Part shown: piece after piece, positions 12,245-27,000 of the stretch
Layout of the letters: each line of letters begins with the position of its first letter
Position numbering within the stretch: position 1 is the stretch's first letter
Assembly (NCBI GenBank): GCA_964270895.1
Contig: OZ185442.1
DNA: 64,000 nucleotides
Direction: 5' to 3' (one strand)
Source of the DNA: Podarcis filfolensis
Lineage: Eukaryota
Program-made: the position numbers and the translations under genes
Notes under the pieces: generated by a model
The model's database searches: none
Seen by the model: only the letters and a program-made list of their open reading frames with translations
Told to the model about the DNA's origin: nothing

Positions 12245-14770
12245 ATGCGGCCCCTCACGGAGGAAGAAACGCGCGCGCTCTTCGAGAAGCTCTCCAAATA
12301 GTAAGCGGGGTGGCTGTGGTGGCATTTGTGTTCTCTGGGTTCATTAGGCTTTATGATTAACCCATGGAACTCACTGACACAAGATACCCGGATCCCCACC
12401 CAATGGACAGAGGGAATTAGAGAAATCAGTGAAGGAAGGGAAGTCTGTCTCTTGCTGTTGGCCCAGAAAGTAAAATGGAAGCGTCATTGAACCATAGCGG
12501 TGGAAGATACCGCAAAGGTCCTCTAGAGTCTAGCCCACCCCAATGGATGTAGAGAATCACAACATTATAGGCAGGCAGCAACCCATGCTCTGCTGCGAGG
12601 AAGGGGGCACCCACCTTCCCATACAGACTGTACCAGTGTGGAATAGCTCTTCTTAATCTTCCACGGAATACCACTAGCTGGGAGACAGCAGCAGGAGAAC
12701 TAGATGGGTCGTGTTTAACACAGAAAAATAATTACAGGGATTATAGGGAAGTCAGTATAATAGTTTAAAATTGAAGTCTTCATATACAGAGGCAGTATGT
12801 CTTAGAAATGGCTGCTGTTCTCCACCCTGCTTGCTGGCTCCCTGCAGGCATTTGACTTGCTTTTGCCAGGAGGAGGAGGCTGAACTAATTGGGCATTTGG
12901 TCAAATCTAGCATAAGAGGGCTGCTCTCATGTTTTTTGGGGACTGCCTGACAGTGTGTCTCTTTGTTCCAACCTTTTTAAGTATTGGTGAGAACATCCAG
13001 CTCTTGGTTGACCGGCCAGATGGTGCCTACTGCTTCCGCCTGCACAAGGACCGTGTCTATTACCTCAGGTGAGGAGGCCCTAATACACCCTGGGGCATGT
13101 TATTAACATTAACACCTTCATCCATAACACACATTAAGTAAAAAAAAAGGATGGATCTTTGAACATGTGTAAGGCTCTCTTCCTCTTCCAGAATGTACCC
13201 ACGTCTTTGTGGGTGGGGAGAAGAGTAGAGGCATCTATGGGGGAAACGAAAGGGCCTGTTTTCTTTTGTAAGATGCTGCTTGTTCTCACTACAGAGCTGC
13301 AAGGTGCTGGGAAAGAGATCTTGTTTCCCTTGTGTTTTTAGCAGCAGAAGAGCAAAAGATGTAAAAGGAGCAGAACTGAACTAAGGGAAGCTGTACTCAT
13401 GGACAGTCTTTCATATGCAAATGAAGGACAGAGAGGAGGGACTTGGTCTCATAATTTAACTCTTGAGCTCCCGTCTTGTCTGATCCAGTTTTTGGCACAT
13501 TTTATCACTTCCAGTGCAAGTGCACCACATTGTATTTGGGGACCACGAGTGGCTATAAGGTCTTGTTTTAGGGTTGCTTGGATTAAATCCCCAAACCTGC
13601 CTTTCCATCATCTCAGTATCCCCAATTTGGTTTAGGTACCTTAAAGCTTCTCCTCTCCCCTATGGAAGCATATCACCAAAAAGCCACAATATTGGCTGCA
13701 GGTACTTGGAGAGTGCCTCAGGCCACAGCATGGTTCAGTGATGCTCTGATGGTGACTTCGGAGCTTCTGAATCTGGAGAGACCGAGTCCTAATGATAAGT
13801 CTTTGCTTTCTGTTTCTTAGTGAGAAGATTCTGAAGCTTGCTACAAACATCCCCCGGGAGAATCTGGTGTCTCTTGGCACCTGCTTTGGAAAGTTCACCA
13901 AGAGCCAGAAGTTCCGACTCCACATCACTGCCCTCGATTACCTTGCTCCCTACGCCAAGGTAAAGATGGCACAGAGGACCATTTATTTGAGGGGCACTAT
14001 CCTACCAAAATAGGTACCGCTCTGGTGGGAAGGTAAATGGTGTTTCCATGCGCTGCTCTGGTTTCGCCAGAAGTGGTTTAGTCATGCTGACCACATGACC
14101 CGGAAACTGTACACCGGCACCCTTGCCCAATAAAGCAAGATGAGTACTGCAACCCCAGAGACGTCTGCAATTGGACCTAACGGTCAGGGGTCCCTTTATC
14201 TTTACCTAGCCTACCAAAAATGTCAAAACACCTCTAGTGCTGTGTGGGGTGGGGACCTGCTAGCTGTTTATTGGGAAGGAGGGTATTTTTTTTCCTTGTG
14301 CTAATCTAAGGAGGACAAGAAAGGGAACCCGTGTAGTGGTACATTTAATGTAACTCAAAGAGGATATCTCTCATTTTTTTTCTCGTGCAGTACAAAGTGT
14401 GGGTGAAGCCTGGGGCAGAGCAGTCCTTCCTTTATGGGAACCACATACTGAAGTCTGGCTTGGGGCGCATCACAGAGAGCACTGCCCAGTACCAGGGTGT
14501 GGTGGTATATTCCATGGCTGACGTCCCCCTGGTGAGTGACACCTAGTGGGTAGGTGGGTGGGTTGGATGGTTGGACCCGAGTGAATTTGAAGTTAAGACA
14601 ATGCCCCTCCAAGGTCTTAATGCCTTCCTTGTTCCAATTGACCTTCTTAGGGCTTTGGAGTGGCAGCCAAGTCCACCCAGGAGTGCCGGAAAGTGGACCC
14701 CATGGCGATCGTGGTTTTCCACCAAGCGGATATTGGAGAATACATACGGCATGAAGAGACGCTGACATAA
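12245..14770 (+). CDS. NIP7: 60S ribosome biogenesis factor NIP7; exons 12245-12300, 12982-13068, 13821-13959, 14391-14531, 14651-14770; 180 aa
   Basis: The spliced product reads [33 protein letters not shown]...[29 protein letters not shown]...[15 protein letters not shown]. It is 543 nt and all introns are GT-AG. Confidence 0.96.
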
Positions 14771-15630
14771 ATGGCAGGGCAGAAAGCCCCAAAGACTGAC
14801 TTCCCCTCAGATAGAAGCTGCAGGCTTTCAACCAGCCTGTGCCCCTTTTCATGCAGACTGTGGAAGGCGCAACTGTGTAGGTTGCTAAACTGCCAGCAAA
14901 ATACCTGTCTACCTCCTGGTGGCCACAGTGAGACTGTAGATGAGTCACAAAACTTTGGGATGTAGCTGCAGGCCTGGCAGTTCTAGGGACACAGCTACAA
15001 TTCTGACACAGTAAAGCTATTTCATTTTTCTCCTTTCATTGTCTTGAGTCATCTGGTGTTCAGGGAACTGATTACATTAAAGCCTCTTTTATTTTGCCCT
15101 GGGCTTTGGGGCTGGGGAACCAGAGGTGTTTTACAAAGCCACGGAGAACCAAAAGCTAGAAGTTCTCTTTTCCTCTCACCTTCCCTGCTGCAGCTGCCTT
15201 TGCTTCCAAGCTGGCTGCCTCTAAAGGAAGAGGAAGGAATCTTGAGTTTGGTGGTGGTGGTGATCGTGTGTGTCTGCATGCGCACCCCCATTTACTAACT
15301 ATGCCCTTAATGTACCTCTTGATCAATGTAAAAATCTCACATACCTATGCTGTGGTTGCAGCAGGACTCCCGCATTTTGAGTCATGTTTATTTTAACTTG
15401 GGGCAGTTTCATTTCAAGTCAACTAACCCCCTGTGGCTCCTCTGGAAGAATACTTGGATTTTTCAGCCAACACCCCTCCCCCCACCAAAAAAGAAGCCGC
15501 ACCAACAGGTGGACGTGCCCTTGCTCTCCTTTGCTGCTTGCAGGTATTTAGTCAGTTGGGTGTTAAGAGGGTGGCAAGGAGAGAGCAGTTTGGCTTTTCA
15601 GCCTGGCATAAATAGCCTTCTGAAGCATCC

Positions 15631-19594
<3,964 letters not shown>

Positions 19595-20939
19595 CTACCT
19601 GCTGCTTGCCAGACTTCTTGGACTGCAATTCCCATCAGCCCTAGTCTCAGATGGTTGTGCTGATGTAACCTGTAGTCCAAGAGATCTGGAGGCTAGGGCA
19701 GGCAGGGGTAAAGTGTTCCTTCAAGCACAAGCCTCTTGCAGCAGTTGAGCAGCAGAGCACTAGGTCCTGTACAGGTGAGGCAGCCAAGGGGCAGACAGAA
19801 CATTGATTCCTCACCTTTCCTCCTAAGATCTCCAGGTGGCATACCTGGTTCCTCCAGCACCATCTTTTTCATAAGCACCACCCTGTGAGGTTGAGAGGGT
19901 GCCTGGACCAGGCTGACCCAGGGAGTTTTCCTGCTCAGTGCTTTGAACCTGGCTGGAACCAGTTCCTCATAGCCTGACACTCTGGCTAATTCAACCACCA
20001 CACTGGTACTCTTTGCTGCAGGTTTCCTGTTGGGGCATTTGGCTGGCCGCTTTGAAAACCAGGTGCTGGACTAGATGGGCCCCTATTTGACCAGATTATT
20101 CAGCTGCTGCAGGGCTCTTCTGATACCTTTATGCTAAAAGGCAACAGGAAATGGTTGTATCTATTCTGTCTCAGACGAAGGCAGGTTACCCAACAGCAAA
20201 AAGCAGAGCGATCAAATCTGCTATACTAGAGGGTAAGCAGGTCACACTTTCATTACTTCAACTCACACATACTGCATTTTAAGTCCCAAGACTGCAGTTT
20301 GATTTAAATAGTATCTCTTTCCTATTAAAGCCCTTTGTTGTGAAAAACTGCCCTAACTAGTTTACCCTTTTCTTTGCCCAGAGTGTGGCTGCATTCCATT
20401 CCACCCACTTCAGCGCAAATCCTTCTTGTCTCCTTGTTACTCAAAAGTTCTCCCAAAGCACAAACTCTGCTTGCTTGTAGCAGCTGGTGCTTGAAGGACA
20501 AAGTGTGTATTGCAGGAGGAAGTTTTCCCAACAGCTGAGATAAGAGAGGGGGCACCTCTGGGATAAAATCTGCTCATGGAAAAAAGAGATAGCGACTTTC
20601 AAGATCTGTGTAGTTTTGGTGGTGAGGCAGAGGGAAAGCACAGCCACAACCCATTTTGCATGTGGTGTCTGGCTCCATCCATGCTACACAATCAACCGCT
20701 TCTTGGACTCACAGAAGCCAGCATGTCCTCCAACACATTTGAAGTTCAAGCAGTACTACCAGCTAAAAAAAAGGAACAGGAAAAACAGTGGTGACAGGAA
20801 CAGTCTGCCCCCAATGGGAGAACAACTAGCAACACCTTTGTCCTGTCCCAGAACACATGGAATGCTAGTGCCAAACCAAATAGCATGGTGGAGATTCCTT
20901 TTAATTATCATGGGAAGCAGCGCCTGTTAAAGGAACACG

Positions 20940-23640
20940 AAATACAAAAGTTAGGGGGGAAATGCACTTTGAAACAGCTTCTAATGAAATCCTTAGAAAA
21001 TTGGAACACAAAAGATCAGAATTAGAAGTGTTATATATGGAGAGAATAGGCAAATCCATGCTCTTTGTGAGTCAAAAATTATATGAACATGGTAATAAAC
21101 ATTCCAAATGCTAGCCAGGGCTCTCAAAAGTAAGCAATTTATTTAAATAATTACTTTAAATATGGAACTTTCACTCATGACTAAAATCAGATTAGCAATA
21201 TGTTTATAGAGTTTTATAAAGAGCTATATAACCCAAATAACCCTTTACCTGAAAAAAATTAAGTGAGAAGATGTGTTATCAAACCTTTCATAAAGAAAGC
21301 ACAACAACATTCTGCAGAAGAAATTGATCAAGCTATTAAAATAACTGAAATACTGTATATGAGCCCTTGACCCGATGGGCTTGGCAACACATTTTTTAAG
21401 AAATACAGAGACCTACTCACACTTTATATTTGTCAACTTTATCCATTTGGCAAGAGCAATCAGGCGCTGATACATAGGCATTGATCCAGAATAACTGTCC
21501 TTCTAAAGCCAGGCAGAGATAAAGCACAGGTGTGCTCATACAGGCCAATTACCTTATTGAATCAGGACCAGACTATCTTCTTCTCAATTTTAGTTGCACA
21601 TTTAAATCTAATAATTAGGAATTTAATCCATACAGATGAAACATGCCTCTTGGGCATATCTTGGATCCCATAAGACTGTTCTTCTTGGATTTATGTTCCT
21701 TAGAAATTTACAAAGCCTTTGGTGGTCTGGAATGGTGTTATCTCTTAACATTTTGTGGACATGCCAACTAGGTAATCACCTTATTACAGCAATAGCTATT
21801 CAAATAATTCAGCTACTCTAAGAATTAATAACATGGACTCCTCAGCAATTGCAATCTGGAGGGGGACAAAAAAAGAGAAGACTCCTCATCTTCTCTTTTG
21901 AACCATTCGCTAATATCTTATGTCTTAATCCAAATGTAAAAGGATATTCGAGAAAGGGCGAAGAGCATCTGTTGACAATGTATGCAGATGATATTGTTGT
22001 GATGATGAAAGGCCCTAAGGGGTCAGCCTGTGCATTAAAGGAAGGATTAACATCTTTTTCTGAAGTGGCAGGCTTAAAAATAAACACTGGAAAATCAATG
22101 ATGTTTTTCAGTCTTCCACCACTGATTCAAATACACACTTGTCATATTCTTAATACACCTATGTGCTGCTCTGCATTTGGAGACTTGGGTGTGCCAATTC
22201 TAAAAAACATGAACCATGAATCTAAACTGAATTATTCCATTATTTTAAAAATGAACATGGACTTTTAAAAATGGAACAAATTTAACCTTTCCCTTTTAGG
22301 CTCTATTGCAGCAGTACATATCATGTTAATTCCCCTTTTCTGTCCCTCTTTCAGGTAGGTCCTCCTTACTTTTCTCCAACGTCCAAATGGCAAACTAATA
22401 TTGTTTCATATTTCACGATAAGTCTTCAAGGTTGCCCATGAAATCTTACTTTCTTTTTTTTTTTAAATCAAAGTTGTTGGGGTTTACCAAACCTCTCGGT
22501 ATATCATGATGCGTTCCAATTGAGACAGCAGGCTTTCATGATTATGAAGGATGGTAAGAAATGGATCAATTTGGAAGAAAAACAAATAGCTCTAGGTCTG
22601 CTATGTGCTTTATCTTTCAAAAACCTTAAAATGATGACCCAAATGAATAACCCATATTTACAAACTAAATTGAGGATATGGAAAAAATGGAAGTTGACTC
22701 TCCCCAGGTTGTTCACCACTCACTTCTCTGCAGACATATGCCAGTCTGAAAGATGATACTTTAAAAGCTAAAATAAAGAAAAGGGTAAAATTGGGTTATT
22801 TCAGACTGTGATTTTTATTTTTTTTACAGAAGTAAGACCAGTAACTTTAAATGTACCAAAAACGGGAATTAACTTTAAAGAGGCTTCAAATTCTACAAAT
22901 TAAACATTTACTAAAGGATCTGATAGTTAAATTGCATGCAACTAATTTTGAATGATCCAAGGTGCCACTAGGTAATGGAGGTAAGGAAGTAGTATCAAAA
23001 ATTTATGGTTACTTAGTACAGAACTAATTTGGGGACTTGTCTAGCCTAAAATCAATATGGGAATATGATGTAAAAGTAACAATGGAAGCCTCAATTTGGA
23101 AAGGCATATGCATGAAGAAACCCTTTAAGTCAGTGTCTGCAAATATTAAAGAACTTTCACTCAAAATCTTCCACAGATGGTATAGGACTCCATCCCAACA
23201 TCACATCAACTATAAGCCCCTTATGTTGGTGTGGATGTGACACTAAGGGGACAAATATACATTTATGGTGGACTTGTTTTTGAATAAAAGTTGTTTGGTC
23301 CCTGGTTCACATTCACTCCATAGCTTTTTATTTTAACAATGTTCCAAGGTATAAATAAAAAAGTACTATCTAAAGAACTCATCATTTTACCAACTGTAGC
23401 AAGGCGGTCTATTGTCCAACACTGGAAATATTTCGTGGTATAAAAACATGTACAACACTGCAATTTCAGCAAAAATTACATTTAGTTTTCAATTAATTGA
23501 AGTTGAGGCATAACCTATGGATTTTGGTGCAGTGTGGTGGGATTTTATATAGTATGTTATTAATACTAATTGAAGTAACTTGATTCCACAAGTAAATAAG
23601 AATGTTTGCCTATTGTGAGACTGTAAGATGATGTCATCCT
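20940..23640 (+). pseudogene. Decayed LINE-1 ORF2 (reverse transcriptase) relic between TMED6 and TERF2
   Basis: Frameshifted remnants include YEHGNK, YRPITLLNQD, IFSFEPFA, YADD (21981-21992), GLKINTGKS, WYRTP and HLWWTC. The region is AT-rich with many stops. Boundaries are approximate. Confidence 0.8.
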
Positions 23641-24072
23641 GTTTGTGGATAGAATATATCTTATTCTACTGTCTTTTTACTTTAACCTTATTTATAGCAT
23701 TTGTACTCCAGAAGATTATGGCATAATACCAGTTTATTAATATCACAGCAGACCTACAGTGAAAAATAACATTTATAAGAAAATAAAAAATTGAAATGAC
23801 GTATTTTTTATACTGTAAAATGTGCACTTTCCATACCAATTGTTTACACAAGGTTGAATCTGTATTTTCAGTACTGAACACTAAAAGGGGGAAAAAAAGA
23901 AACAAAATGGAGAGAGGGGGAGAGCCTATGTCAGAAAGCAGAGGGAGAAGCCTCCAGTGATGCTAAGAGATTGTGGCCATCAGCCTGCTGGCCCAATGCA
24001 ATACACTGCAAAAGTACCTCTGGCCCACCCTGTGTCCACATAGCGTTGGAGCTCAGGCACTTGCCCCCAGGT

Positions 24073-27000
24073 TCACAAGAGCCCCAGATTCTTCATCGTC
24101 CGCCATCGGTCCTTGATCGCCACAGGAGTGCGGTTCTTAAAGGGGAATGCCTGGGAAATGGCTTTCCACCTCCCTTCCCCAAACTTCTTCACGCCTTCCT
24201 TAATCCACTGAGACTCCTCTGAAGTCCAGATCTAGAAAGAAGAGAGCATAGGCTCTCATGAGCAACCATCAAGTGCTGCAAGACTTGCCCCTTGTCCCCA
24301 TGACAGAACAACAGATACACCACCCTCTGGAGATGGTTCCATGGCTGTTGCTAACAGAGGATTGCCACTGACATGGGATGTAGCCCAGTAACTCGCAGCA
24401 GGCAAATATCCAGCCCCTATTTCAAGACATTAAACCCAACTTGGTGGCACACTTAGTCCTCCTTCTGCAATATGTGGGTAATAAAAATAAAATTCTGCCT
24501 CCTTAAAGTGTGGTTGAAGAGGCCATCAACGATAGCAGATATAACGTGCTGAGATTGCCCAGGCTTCTTTGAAACACCTGGGTATCCAAGACCCTTGATT
24601 ATTTAATTAATTAGGAGAGGCCCCTTAGTCCAGTGGTTGAACATGCAGAAGATCCCAGCTTCAAACCTGTGACATCTCCAGGTAGAGCCACGAAAGAGAC
24701 ACCTGGCCTGAAACCCTGTAGCACAGACAATACTGAGCTAGACGGACCAGGATTCAGCATATGGCAGCTTCCTATGTTCCCATTAATGGGGATTTCATCA
24801 GTTATTTCATTTGGGAGAGCGGGTCCTCATCAACTGGCCTCCATTTAGAGAGGTCTTGTCAAGGCAGGCCTATTTCTCCCCACTGGAGTGCTCAGCTCCA
24901 GACTGGGTGTAGGCTTGGTTACCTTCTTTTTCGAACCAAAGAGGGAAGTGTTGATGCTGCTGCTGCTTTCTTCCTTCGATTCTGAAACACAAATTCATTT
25001 ACAAACTTTATGGGATGCATGGAACCACTCTCAGCAGTTGGGAGGTTTTACCACTACTGCACCTCATCAGAAATCCAGGGTAGTGGTCAAATTCCACCCA
25101 GCCCTTGGCATGATGTGTACAGTCAACTACTGATGGAACTATGTTAGGGTTGCCATACATCCAGGGCATCCCAGACATGTCCTCTTTTGGGGGGCCAACA
25201 GGCCCATCCAGGGGGATTTTTACATTTTAAAGGAAATGTCCGGGGTTGTAGGGAGGGGTTATTTATTCATTTATTGCTTGGCCAACTCTACACACCACTG
25301 CTGCCGCCAGCCCAAGCTGGGAAAAGAAGAATGTAGGTGCACTTCCTTCCCTGGCTCAGGCTGTCCTCTTTTTTGCTCTTTAAGATATGGCAACCCTAAA
25401 CTATGTGGCAAACAGTCATCCATGTTCACTCACAGTTGCCATCTCATTCTAGCACGGTTCACAAAATTTATCACTTTTTGCAAGATGTTTACCAGGTTTT
25501 GAGAGTTTTGCTTTTAGCTAGTCTGGGCATTGCCTAAGCAAGCCTCCTGAAGGACCGCAGTTAACAGTTCTCTTTGCTTGCCATGCTGGCAATGTTTTTC
25601 CCCATGTCATGGTGATGTCACTGGGTAATGCAATGTGAGAAGCCATCAAAACTGCACAGCTGCTTTAATTAGAAGAGTGCATGGAGCTACAATTGAGCAT
25701 CATGCAGAACAAGAAGCCAGTCTGAGGCAAAAGGCAGTAATTTTGGCAGTGCTGCTGCTGTGCACTTGGGAGTAGGTAGTCCAAATATTTTACTTTTCTG
25801 ATCCAAGAACTGTGCCCCCAAATCCCTCTGCTTACTGTATACAGGATACTAGCTGCTTACCAAAAAGTTCATCCTCATCACTCCAGACCTCCTTTTCTTC
25901 ATCCCGATTTAAACAAATTAGTCTCCTCTTTGCTAATCTGAATGCAACAGAGAAACACAAGTAAGGAAAGACCTACCCCACAAGGAGATGAGACGGGACT
26001 GAGCTGCATCAATTAATGTCGCACACAACCAGGATTATGGAGATGCTGGGTTAGTATCAGAAAAGGAGCGAGGTTAATTTGTCACAGCAAACACACCACT
26101 GCAGAGACCTATGGCAGCTTAAATATGAGCAAATAGCTGGTGGCAGAAACACAAACCCTTATCCTTGGTACAGACGGAAGGAGGGAGGGGGGAGAGAAAT
26201 AACGTTTTCTACCTTCTGTCTGGCAACTGAAGCTAACATTCCAGGCATCTGACAAAGCAGAGTCCGGCACAGGTGTTTCTGTCACAATAAATTTGTTTAG
26301 CAATCTTTAATGGGGCCAGAGACCGTATTGTCAATTCTGCTATCTTTGCAATCTGAGTAATAAAAATTAAGACAAGGTATGTGATCCAGATTCTCTCGCA
26401 ATCTGCTTCTACTAGCTGGGGGAGAAGATACACAGCGATGCAACCCTACCACTGCAAACCACCTTTGCCTTCCTTGGAGCTTCTGGGCTGAGGCCTAAGG
26501 CCTTCTAATGGATTCCTTGCAAAGGTGAAAGTTGCACCAAATGCCTCATGCTGTGCCAGTTCCCCAGCAGACCCCACAGCAGTCATAGCCTCTTACCTGG
26601 GATATCGGGAGGTATCATCAGGCTGGGTGGGTTTTTGGGGCTGTGCAGGCCGGACAACCAAAGTTGCCACAGGCCTCTTGGATGGAACTTGGCAGGAAGT
26701 TGGGGGGTTCCAGCTCTCTGACCCCATAACCAATGTGCTTATGGACACTGAGCGTTCACTGGGGTGCGGCCTGGAGGCGGCACGGTTCTTCTCCATTTGG
26801 CACTTGGCTGCGTGGAAATCAGAAGCCAAACATGGCTTGGGGAAAGTCCAGTCCAACTTGTCCAGTTTTGAAAACTCTTCATCTGCATCTGTGGAATTGG
26901 ACAGGATCTTGAAAGCATCCCTCAGAGTAGAAAACCCATACGAGCCCATCCTCTTAGGCGAGCATCTGCAAAATAAAGAAACATCAGAAGGTTGCTCCAC

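Noticed and set aside
21849-22268. Reverse transcriptase YADD ORF as a novel RT system
   Set aside because: It is a fragment of a decayed LINE-1 ORF2, with frameshifts and stops on both sides.
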